From an uncultured Gemmatimonadales bacterium (lineage in GTDB: Bacteria > Gemmatimonadota > Gemmatimonadetes > Gemmatimonadales > GWC2-71-9), in NCBI GenBank assembly GCA_963771275.1, contig CAVYSW010000003.1, positions 1,792,001 through 1,856,000 on the forward strand: DNA of 64,000 nucleotides, in the 5' to 3' direction. Positions 1-8,029 of the stretch are shown piece after piece. A model generated the notes under the pieces. That model saw nothing but the letters and a program-made list of their open reading frames with translations. It did no database searches and was not told the origin of the DNA. Positions within the stretch are counted from its first letter, which is position 1, and every line of letters starts with the position of its first letter. A program made the position numbers and the translations under genes.

Positions 1-92
1 ACCGAGAAGCCCGCAGCGGAACCGCGCTGAGCGGTGGCGGGAGCGACGCAGATCGCGAGGGAGCAGAGCGCGAGCGCCAGGCGGCGGAGCAT
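1..92 (-). CDS. 5' end of a secreted protein (runs off the left edge)
   Basis: ATG at 92 reads MLRRLALALCSLAICVAPATAQRG..., a Sec signal peptide with an ATA/Q cleavage site. Confidence 0.6.
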   Translation of the reverse strand, partial: MLRRLALALCSLAICVAPATAQRGSAAGFS

Positions 93-192
93 GATGGACC
101 ATCCTGCGGTTGGGGAGCGGCGGGAATGTACGCGGTGGGCGGGCGGCGTCGGAAGGAGGGTGCCTCGCGGTACCGTGCGCAGTCTCGGTCCG

Positions 193-855
193 CTAGCCCT
201 TCGGCTCCGGCGCGGGCGGCTCCGGCTCGTCGCCCAGGCCGACGAGGATGGCGTAGCGCAGCATGGCCCAGTCGCTGTCGAGCCCGATCTGTCGCCGGAT
301 GGCCTTGCGGTGGTGATGGATGGTGTACGCGCTCAGGCCCAGGGTGGCCGCCATCTGCTCCGTGGTCATGCCCTGTCCGATCATCCGCACGATGGCCTGC
401 TGGCGCGGCGTGAGCCGGCTGAACCCCAGCCGATCGATCTCGGGACCGCGCCGGACACGACGCGGCAGACGGGGCGAGAGGTAACGTCGCCCCTCGAGGA
501 CTTCCTCGATGGCGGTGCGGAGCTCGTCGAGCGAGGCGTCCTTCGGCACGAAGGCGGAGGCGCCGAGGCGGATGGCCGCGTCCACCAAGACGGAGTCCAC
601 ATGCATCGTGACCACCACCACGCGCGGCGCGGAGCTGATCTCCTGCAAGTCGCCGAGCAGGTCCATGCCGGTGCGGTGCGGGAGCGACAGGTCGAGCAGC
701 AGCACGTCAGGCCGGTGTTCATGCACCGCGGCGATGACCTCGCGCCCGTCCCGCACGACCGCGAGCACGGTGTAGTCCTTTCCCAGCATCGCGCGCAGCC
801 CCTCGCTGAAGAGCTCGTGATCCTCGGCAAGCAGCAGGCGTGGTTTGGCTCTCAC
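193..855 (-). CDS. NarL/FixJ-family response regulator (REC + LuxR HTH)
   Basis: LLLAEDH...LLLDLSLP...FVPKD receiver domain; LTPRQQAIVRMIGQGMTTEQMAATLGLS HTH; GTG start overlaps the kinase stop (GTGA). Confidence 0.93.
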   Translation of the reverse strand: MRAKPRLLLAEDHELFSEGLRAMLGKDYTVLAVVRDGREVIAAVHEHRPDVLLLDLSLPHRTGMDLLGDLQEISSAPRVVVVTMHVDSVLVDAAIRLGASAFVPKDASLDELRTAIEEVLEGRRYLSPRLPRRVRRGPEIDRLGFSRLTPRQQAIVRMIGQGMTTEQMAATLGLSAYTIHHHRKAIRRQIGLDSDWAMLRYAILVGLGDEPEPPAPEPKG

Positions 856-1625
856 GGGTTCGCCTTGCCCGCCGGGACGCACACCGTGACGGTCGTCCCT
901 CGGCCCGGCCGGCTCTCGATGCTTGCCTCGCCGCCCACCAACTGGGCGCGCTCCTCGATGCCGATGAGTCCAATGCCCCCGGTCCGGCGGCCCGCCGCCC
1001 TGGCAAACCCGCGTCCCCGGTCCTCGACGACCAACTCGATCCCCCGGGCGTTCTCGTGAAGCCCGAGCCAGGCCTCCGTCACCCCGGCGTGCCGCGTCAC
1101 GTTGCGGAGCGCTTCCTGCGCCGTGCGGAACAGCGTGAGGCTCGCCTCATCCGAGAGGCTCGTCGGGGCCGCCGGCAGGTTGAGGTGCACCGTGAGCCCC
1201 GAGGTCCGGAGCAGCTCCTCGGCGAGCTGCTCGAGCGCCGGGGCGAGCCCGACCTGCCCGATCAGGGTGGGATGCAGCCGATGGGCCAGCCGCCGCAAGG
1301 AGACCGCCATGTCCTCCACCTCGCCGAGGATCCCCGAAAGGTGATGGAGCTGGCCTCCGGAGAGGCTCGGCCCGGAGCGTTGTAACTCGTGCAGCTCGTG
1401 GGACAAGAGCGCCAGGCGCTGGATGGCGTCGTCGTGCACCTCGCGCGCCACGTGGGCGCGCTCCTCGTCTTGCGCCGCGAGCAGGCGTTGACCGTAGCTG
1501 CGGTGCAGGCTCAGGAGCCGGCGCTGGGCCACCACTACGGCGAGGCCGAGGGCGCCGACGAGGACGCCAACGGCGAGGACGGTGGCGAGAAAGCCCCACC
1601 AGAGCGCTTCGGCGGCAGCGGGCAC
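852..1625 (-). CDS. NarX/UhpB-type (HisKA_3) histidine kinase with one N-terminal TM helix
   Basis: EERAHVAREVHDDAIQRL H-box, QEALRNVTRHA N-box, EDRGRGF and GIGLIGIEERA G-boxes; likely GTG start at 1625 after GGAG. Confidence 0.9.
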   Translation of the reverse strand: MPAAAEALWWGFLATVLAVGVLVGALGLAVVVAQRRLLSLHRSYGQRLLAAQDEERAHVAREVHDDAIQRLALLSHELHELQRSGPSLSGGQLHHLSGILGEVEDMAVSLRRLAHRLHPTLIGQVGLAPALEQLAEELLRTSGLTVHLNLPAAPTSLSDEASLTLFRTAQEALRNVTRHAGVTEAWLGLHENARGIELVVEDRGRGFARAAGRRTGGIGLIGIEERAQLVGGEASIESRPGRGTTVTVCVPAGKANP

Positions 1626-2251
1626 AGCACTCCCCGGGTGATGGCGGCGAACGCGAGAATGTCCACGATGGCTTTCAGGTTGAACGCGGACAGAAGCAGA
1701 TCCCCGCGGCCGACGCGTACAAGATACCAGGCGAGGGGTTGCTGCGCCGTGGCCGTGCCGGTGAACAACATGATGCCGCCCAGGATCCAGAACCAGTCCT
1801 GGCGCAGCAGCCGCCCGCGCTCGGCGAGGCTGCGCGTCATGAAGGTCCAGAGCGCCGCGAAGAACAGGACGAGCGCGTGAAATGGCGCCGTGATCAAGCT
1901 GTACATCCGCGGGTCGTCCACGCCGAGCGTGAGGCCCGCGCTGACCAGCACGAACAGGGGGATCGCGATGCGGAGCGCGAGCCGGCCGGTCGCACCGCGG
2001 TGCCAGCACGACAGAGCCCACAGTGCCACGGCTCCGCCGAGCGGCATGAACAGGTAGCTCACCCAGAGGTTGTTGTGACCCCGGCTCCCGAGGGCGAGGG
2101 AGATGCCGTCACTGGCCGCCTGCAACAGGCACCAGGCAGTCACCCAGCGACGCGGGGCGGTGACGAGCCGACCCCATGCGACGCCGAGCAGCGGCGGCAG
2201 CAGCTGTGAGGCGGCCGCCGCATGCAGGATCCAGGGTGGCCTGGGCGGCAC
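1535..2251 (-). CDS. Multi-pass membrane protein (about 6-7 TM), putative sensory subunit of the adjacent kinase
   Basis: Serial hydrophobic segments; NNLWVSYLF and DWFWILGGIMLF motifs; lies in an operon between the small Cys protein and the kinase. Confidence 0.75.
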   Translation of the reverse strand: MPPRPPWILHAAAASQLLPPLLGVAWGRLVTAPRRWVTAWCLLQAASDGISLALGSRGHNNLWVSYLFMPLGGAVALWALSCWHRGATGRLALRIAIPLFVLVSAGLTLGVDDPRMYSLITAPFHALVLFFAALWTFMTRSLAERGRLLRQDWFWILGGIMLFTGTATAQQPLAWYLVRVGRGDLLLSAFNLKAIVDILAFAAITRGVLCPLPPKRSGGAFSPPSSPLASSSAPSASP

Positions 2252-2255
2252 CGGC

Positions 2256-2570
2256 TCAGGGGCTCAGCTGGCTCGGGCTGCCGCAGAAGGGCGGACAGGG
2301 ATAGTGGAGGTCGAGCACGTCGCCGTCGGTCATGTCGTTGCCGCCCTCATCCACCCCGACCAGCACCAGCGCCGAGGCGCCGTCTTCCCGGCGGCCGTAG
2401 TAGAAGCGCATGGCTGCGCAGCCCGGCTGCAGCAGCAGCTCCTCGACCGCGGCGCGCGCGAACATCCCGCCGCGCTCGCCTTTCGGGCCGGCGGCATCGC
2501 GGTGACGACGTGTGAATTGCGCGGCGTCAGCCAGGGTGATGCGATGGTCACGCTTGGGAGGCAGAGGCAT
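2256..2570 (-). CDS. 104-aa hypothetical protein with a PCPPFC motif near the C-terminus
   Basis: AGGAG RBS before ATG 2570; ITLADAAQFTRRHR, GCAAMRFYYG, LVLVGVDEGGNDM, YPCPPFC; no signal peptide. Confidence 0.85.
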   Translation of the reverse strand: MPLPPKRDHRITLADAAQFTRRHRDAAGPKGERGGMFARAAVEELLLQPGCAAMRFYYGRREDGASALVLVGVDEGGNDMTDGDVLDLHYPCPPFCGSPSQLSP

Positions 2571-2646
2571 TGATGGGGTCTCCTGGGGAAGGACGTGCTC
2601 AACTCTGGTGCCAAGTGCCAGCGCCTGCAAGAGTTGCAAAACGCGA

Positions 2647-2742
2647 CTGCTACCAGTAGCAGGTCATGCACTGCTACCAGTAGCAGGTCGTGCACTGCTA
2701 CCACTAGCAGGTCGTGGGCTGCTACCACTAGCAGCTTGTGGA
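2647..2742. promoter_or_regulatory. Four tandem 24-bp repeats with palindromic core CTGCTAC-CA-(G/C)TAGCAG; putative operator array
   Basis: Units start at 2647, 2671, 2695 and 2719, in the divergent intergenic region. Confidence 0.8.
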
Positions 2743-2804
2743 ATCGCGCCGAACAGCCGAGCCTAGGCGTTGTGTCTCACGTGCCGAGTCCGTCCATCCC
2801 GGTC

Positions 2805-4568
2805 ATGGCCGCGGATCTTGGGCACGCCGCTGCTCGGCTGCATGGCCGGGCTGCTCGGCGTGCCGCCGAGCGTGCCGGGGTGCCACGCGGTGCGCTGGGC
2901 GTCGCGCTCGTCTGCGTGGCCATCGCAACGCTGTGCGTGGTGGCGTCCGGCGACGTGCTGCATCTCGCCGTCTCGCATCCCGAGCGGCTCGCGCCAGGCG
3001 ATATCCTGAGGGCCGTGGGGCTGCTCCTGAGCGCAGGGGCGGTGTTCTGCGCCGGCCTGTGGTACTGGTCCGGAGCCGTGCGGCGCTCGAGCGCCGCCCT
3101 CGCCGCGCGCGAGCGGCTGCTCGAGGCGATCGCTCGGGAAGCGCCGGTGGGAATCGTGGTGGTCGGGGGTGAGGACGAGGTGGTGTCCTGGAACGCGGAA
3201 GCCGAGCGTCTCCTGGGGTGGAGTGAAGCGGACATCCTGGGGAAGCCGATTCCGTGGCAGGGTGAGGACGGGACCGGGCCTTCGTGGGTCGGGCGGGTGC
3301 GGCAGGGCGAGCGCCTGGCGGACTCGGACGCGCGGCTCCGGCGCAAGGACGGCTCATGGATCGAGGCGATCGTGTCGGCGGCGCCGCTGACCGATGGCGG
3401 CCGGCACGTCGGCGTCGTCGCGGTGCTGGTGGACGTGACGCGGCAGCGGCGGCTGGAAGCACAGCTCCGGCAGGCGCAGAAGATGGAGGTGCTCGGTCAG
3501 GTGGCGGGCGGCATCGCGCACGACTTCCGCAACATCCTCACCGTGATGAGCACCGTGGGCGAGGCGATCCGCTCGCGCCTGCCGCCGGAAGCAGGCGAGC
3601 TGCAGGCCGATGTGGCGGAGCTGCTACGCGCCGCCGAGCGCGGGGCGACCATCACGCGGCGGCTGCTGATCTTCAGCAGGCTCGAGGAGCTGAAGCTCCG
3701 CCCCACGGATCTGCGCACGGAGGTGCAAGAGGCCGTGAGCGTGCTGCGGCGGTTGGTTTCGGCGACGATCGCGATATCCGCCGATCTGCCGCGCGAGGCC
3801 GTGCCCGTCAACCTCGATTCGAACGCCATGATCCACATCCTCGCCAACCTCGCGACCAACGCCCGCGACGCGATGCCCGACGGGGGACAGCTGCGGCTGA
3901 TCGTCCGGCGGGTTGCCGAGAACGGCGAACCGGAGCGCGCCGTGGTGGAGGTGGTGGACACCGGCACAGGCATGGACCCGGACACACTCGGCAAGGTGTT
4001 CGAGCCGTTCTTTACGACCAAGCCCGCGGGCATCGGCACCGGGTTGGGGTTGCCGATCGTCCAGGGGCTGGTGGTGGAACAGGGGGGAACCGTGAGCGTG
4101 GACAGCAGAGTGGGCCGGGGGACGACCGTCAGGCTGTTCTTCCCGCTCGCCCCCAACGTGCTCACCCGAGCAGCCGCGAGTCCCGGCGTGATCCGCGGCG
4201 GGAGCGAAGCGATTCTGGTGGTCGAAGACGAAGAGGCGATCCGCCGTTCCGCGCAGCGGGGCCTCGAGCGCCTCGGCTATACGGTGCTGGTGGCGGCGGA
4301 CGGTGTCGAAGCGCTCGCGCTGCTCCGCGCCGGCCAGCGGGTGGATCTCGTGATCTCAGATGTGGTCATGCCGCGGATGGGTGGCCTCGAGTTCCGCGAG
4401 CGCCTGCTGCAGGACGGCATCCGGACGCGATTCCTGCTGGCGAGCGGCTACTGGCCCGAAGAGCGCGGCGCGGCCCCGGTGCCGCCGCCGGACGTGCCGT
4501 TTCTCCCCAAGCCGTGGACGCTGAACGAGCTGGCGCGCAAGGTCCGAGAAGTGCTGGACCAGGAGTGA
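2805..4568 (+). CDS. Hybrid sensor kinase (2 TM, PAS, HisKA, HATPase, REC)
   Basis: WNAEAERLLGWS PAS; QAQKMEVLGQVAGGIAHDFRN; NARDAMP; FEPFFTTK; GTGLGL; ISDVVMPRMGG; start uncertain. Confidence 0.92.
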   Translation: MAADLGHAAARLHGRAARRAAERAGVPRGALGVALVCVAIATLCVVASGDVLHLAVSHPERLAPGDILRAVGLLLSAGAVFCAGLWYWSGAVRRSSAALAARERLLEAIAREAPVGIVVVGGEDEVVSWNAEAERLLGWSEADILGKPIPWQGEDGTGPSWVGRVRQGERLADSDARLRRKDGSWIEAIVSAAPLTDGGRHVGVVAVLVDVTRQRRLEAQLRQAQKMEVLGQVAGGIAHDFRNILTVMSTVGEAIRSRLPPEAGELQADVAELLRAAERGATITRRLLIFSRLEELKLRPTDLRTEVQEAVSVLRRLVSATIAISADLPREAVPVNLDSNAMIHILANLATNARDAMPDGGQLRLIVRRVAENGEPERAVVEVVDTGTGMDPDTLGKVFEPFFTTKPAGIGTGLGLPIVQGLVVEQGGTVSVDSRVGRGTTVRLFFPLAPNVLTRAAASPGVIRGGSEAILVVEDEEAIRRSAQRGLERLGYTVLVAADGVEALALLRAGQRVDLVISDVVMPRMGGLEFRERLLQDGIRTRFLLASGYWPEERGAAPVPPPDVPFLPKPWTLNELARKVREVLDQE

Positions 4569-4708
4569 CACGCGCCCGAGCGCCTTTCCGGCATGGTACC
4601 CCGGGAAGGCGCTCGCTGGGGGGCTTGGTTCTCCCCCGGTGCGGTGCAGAGCGGCTCGGTCCAAGGCGGTCCATCGCCGAGGAGGGTATCAGGAAGAGGA
4701 GGTTTGTC

Positions 4709-7700
4709 ATGCCGAATCTCGCGCTCTTGGTGGCAACCGTGGTCGCGGCCTGTCTCTGGCCCACCGACGAGCCGCCGCAGGGAGCCACGCCCGGCGTGCT
4801 GGTGAGCCCACAGGCCCCGATCGACACGACCGTAGGAATGAGCGCCGACACCTACCTGCGACAAAGTGAGCCCAACCGGAACTTCGGTACGGAGCCCTTC
4901 CTCCGGGTGCGGCCGACGGGAAAGAATCGCGCGCTGCTCGCCGTGGACCAAACGGCGCTCGCCGCTCTGATCGGCGGGGCCACGGTGACGGCGGCCCGGC
5001 TGGAGCTCACGATCACCGAGAACGCCAACAACTGGGGGCCGGAGGGACGGGCCATTGCGTTGCACCGGCTCACGGTGCCGTGGAGCGAGACCGCGGCGAC
5101 GTGGAACTGCGGGGTGGACACGGTGCCGGGGAACCCGCAGGCGGAGTGCGCGGCGAGGACGGCGTGGGAGATGGGCGGTGCGGGTCCGTGGGTCGTGCCG
5201 CCCACCGCGACGGCCACCATCACGAACGGGCTCCGTGGGGTGGTGACGTTCGACGTGGCCGCGGATGTCGCGGCGTGGCTGAGCGGGACGCCGAATGCGG
5301 GGTGGATCCTCAAGCGGGTGGACGAGGGGCCGAGTGGGGCGGTGGAGTTCGGGTCGCGGGAGAGTGGGAGCCCGCCCGTGCTGGTGCTCACGCTGGCGGT
5401 CGGAGACACGAGCCGACCGCCGATTCCCGATGGGTTCGTGGCACCGGACGGCGCCGTCGCACTGTTGGTTTCTCCGCCGGGGGACGATTCCGTGTTGGTC
5501 CTCCGAGATTTCATCCGAATCATCTTCGACGATACAACAAGCGGTTACACCATCAGAAGCGTCTTTGCCCGCTACGGCGGGCACATCGTCGGTGGCGATA
5601 CGCTGCTCGAGTCTTACATGGTGCAGGTACCAGATCCGGGGCCCACTTATGCTGCCCTCGACTCCCTGCTTTCGCGCGTGCGGAGCGAACCCGGGGTCCG
5701 TTTCGCCATTCGGTATGTCTTTAGTGAGCCGGTTCGCGATCCTGGTCGCTACCCCGAGGACGATCCCCAGTCCTCGCGGCGACAGGACTGGTGCGGGCCC
5801 GGTACGGATGGAACACGCGCGCTCACGGCGATACGTGCTCCGCTTGCATGGAGCTGCGAGACGGGGCTCTACGGAACAGATGCCGTCGCTATCGGTGTGA
5901 TGGAGGACGTCGTTGACGCCACCATCCCGGACTTGGCCCCGTCCTTCAGCCGTCTCCATGCTGCGAGTGCAAGTCAGCCCATTAACACAACCGTCACCTT
6001 GTCGGTGGGTGCCCTCAGTCACGGGACTGGCGTGGCAGGAGTGCTGTCAGCTCGCGGGGACAACGGTTTGGGAGTGCCTGGTCTGACCTGGCAAAGCGAG
6101 CTCCATGTGTTCAGGCTGGCGCGGGAGGACGGCAACACCACCAGGATGATCCGGGATCGCGCGCAGGCCATAGAGCGGGCCATTCGCCTCGCTGCCGCGA
6201 CCCCCGTGCGGATCCTGCATAGCTCGGTCGAGGCGACTGCGGATCCGGAGGAGGCAAGGGTTCTTGCAGCGGCGATTGCGGATTTCGTGAACACGTCCCC
6301 CGGCCGCATCTTCGTCCAGGCCGGCGGAGACAATCGGTACACAATCCGGCCCGATACGATCTTGCAGATAGGGCAGGGCGGGTTCGTCATGCACCAGGCG
6401 ATGGTGCTGCTCGATCCCACGGTAAAGGCGCGCGTCCTGTTGGTCGGCGCCGCCAATCGGGACGGGACTGATATCTGGGGCTTGGGCCTCGACCCGAACG
6501 CGTGGGGTAGTGCGACCCTCATTTCTGGCGTCACGGACATACTCGTGCCCGCTGCGGATATCCTCACACTTGTGCGGCCGCAGGATTTCAATGGCGCCTC
6601 CGTCCGGTCGGGGTCCGGGACTTCCTTCGGCGCACCCATGGTCTCCGGCACCGCCGCGCTCTTGTGGGCCTTCGATCCGACACTGACGGCCGACGAGGTG
6701 AAGGGCTACATCGTCGACGGTGCCAGAGAGCGGATGAGCGCCACGGGCACGATTGAGCCCAGCCCGGTGGTTCCCAACAGCGGGGGGTTGAATCTGCTGG
6801 ACGCCTACGAGGCGCTGGCGCGGGCGTCGCGGGAGCGCCCCGGCACGACGCCGATCTGCGGCGGCCAGGTGTGGGCCAGCGAGGCATCCATCCACGTCGA
6901 TCAGGGAGCGCCGGCGCTCCGGATCATCCCCGTCCCCAGTGCGCGCTTCCTCGGCCTCGCGTCCGTCGCGCAGGGCGGGCGCCGGATTGCCGTGACCGAC
7001 TTCCGCTTCCCGGATCCGACGGAGACCCTGATCGTGACCAACACGGGTGCCATCGACTCGGTGCTCGGTGGCGTCTACGCCCGGCAGTACCTGGAACGTG
7101 GCACGGCCGATCTCAAGGTCGCGGCTCCGGACGGGTCGTTCGCCGAGGGGCTCGTGCTCACGCTGCGCGGCACGGGGGTGGACCTCACCGACCAGCACCT
7201 GGACGGCGTGACGGCACCGCCCGGGGCCAGCGAGAGCAGGGCGGAGTACATCATCGTGTCGCCCCTGGGTGACCTGGCCGCCGTGCAAACGCCGGCGTGG
7301 ATGCCCGACGGCGGCGGCACCGCCCGGTGGGACCTGGTTCGGCTCACGAGCCCGCCGCAGGCGGCTGGGAACATCATGGACCTCCAGTTCCCGGCTGATC
7401 CCGTTCCGTGCGCGACCGACTGCCGGCTCGGCATCTGGAATGCCGCGTGGACCCATGACAGCCGGCGGGTGGTCTTCACGCTCGCCCATGCCGACTACTA
7501 CCAGGGTGGGGGCGGTGGCGGTGATTTGGGGCCGCCGGCCGGAATCGCGACCGGCGCGCAGCTCGAGAACGGCGACCTCATCGCGATTGCGACGCGGCTG
7601 ATCAGCGTGCCGATCGTGAACGGAGCGGCCCAGGCGGCCGACAGCACGCCGTTGCTCGAGGGAGAGTGGCTGGCGAGCCCGCGCTTCACGGCCGATGATG

Positions 7701-7915
7701 TGCTCCTGATCGCGGAGCACCTGGGGCTGGTGGACGGTGTGGTGGGGGGGACCTGCGAGGAGAAGCGGCGTCTCCCGGCGAGCCCATTCACGGTGCAGGC
7801 AGCCCGAGCACCGCTGTTGGCCGCGTTCTGCGATCCGTACGCCGATGGCCCGCGGATCTTCAACGCCCCGCCGGCGGCCGTGGCCAGCCGCACGAGGTAT
7901 GTCCAGCGGCGATAG
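4709..7915 (+). CDS. Secreted S8 (subtilase) peptidase with N-terminal DNRLRE/CBM96-like domain
   Basis: GAGGAGG RBS and signal-like N-terminus; DTYLRQSEPNRNFG...RALL; SHGTGVAG (His), GTSFGAPMVSG (Ser); acid motif reads GVMEDVVD. Confidence 0.85.
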   Translation: MPNLALLVATVVAACLWPTDEPPQGATPGVLVSPQAPIDTTVGMSADTYLRQSEPNRNFGTEPFLRVRPTGKNRALLAVDQTALAALIGGATVTAARLELTITENANNWGPEGRAIALHRLTVPWSETAATWNCGVDTVPGNPQAECAARTAWEMGGAGPWVVPPTATATITNGLRGVVTFDVAADVAAWLSGTPNAGWILKRVDEGPSGAVEFGSRESGSPPVLVLTLAVGDTSRPPIPDGFVAPDGAVALLVSPPGDDSVLVLRDFIRIIFDDTTSGYTIRSVFARYGGHIVGGDTLLESYMVQVPDPGPTYAALDSLLSRVRSEPGVRFAIRYVFSEPVRDPGRYPEDDPQSSRRQDWCGPGTDGTRALTAIRAPLAWSCETGLYGTDAVAIGVMEDVVDATIPDLAPSFSRLHAASASQPINTTVTLSVGALSHGTGVAGVLSARGDNGLGVPGLTWQSELHVFRLAREDGNTTRMIRDRAQAIERAIRLAAATPVRILHSSVEATADPEEARVLAAAIADFVNTSPGRIFVQAGGDNRYTIRPDTILQIGQGGFVMHQAMVLLDPTVKARVLLVGAANRDGTDIWGLGLDPNAWGSATLISGVTDILVPAADILTLVRPQDFNGASVRSGSGTSFGAPMVSGTAALLWAFDPTLTADEVKGYIVDGARERMSATGTIEPSPVVPNSGGLNLLDAYEALARASRERPGTTPICGGQVWASEASIHVDQGAPALRIIPVPSARFLGLASVAQGGRRIAVTDFRFPDPTETLIVTNTGAIDSVLGGVYARQYLERGTADLKVAAPDGSFAEGLVLTLRGTGVDLTDQHLDGVTAPPGASESRAEYIIVSPLGDLAAVQTPAWMPDGGGTARWDLVRLTSPPQAAGNIMDLQFPADPVPCATDCRLGIWNAAWTHDSRRVVFTLAHADYYQGGGGGGDLGPPAGIATGAQLENGDLIAIATRLISVPIVNGAAQAADSTPLLEGEWLASPRFTADDVLLIAEHLGLVDGVVGGTCEEKRRLPASPFTVQAARAPLLAAFCDPYADGPRIFNAPPAAVASRTRYVQRR

Positions 7916-8029
7916 CGGGGAGGCGGGAACGCGGGCTGGTCATTTCCATACGTGCAGTGACCAGGAATGCCAGGAACCGCCATGCTGTGCTCCGTGCATC
8001 TCGTGGCCATGACTTGAATCCATCACCCC

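Noticed and set aside
2598..2614. Sigma54 promoter (TGGCAC-N5-TTGA on the minus strand)
   Set aside because: The -12 GC is not matched and no enhancer-binding protein gene is nearby; too weak to call.
2330..2728. Minus-strand ORF with repeated VAVHDLLL units as a repeat peptide precursor
   Set aside because: It overlaps the RBS-supported 2256..2570 gene out of frame and has no clear RBS. The periodicity is explained by the DNA palindromes. Not fully excluded.
2647..2742. 24-bp repeats as a mini CRISPR array
   Set aside because: The linkers are only 8 bp and nearly identical, the period is far too short, and there are no cas genes.
3284..4708. N-terminal 475 aa of the 1543-aa ORF
   Set aside because: Arg/Gly-rich off-frame read-through of the hybrid kinase. 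The real gene starts at ATG 4709 after GAGGAGG. The extensions on ORFs starting at 9517, 23134, 32164 and 56983 are the same kind of artefact.
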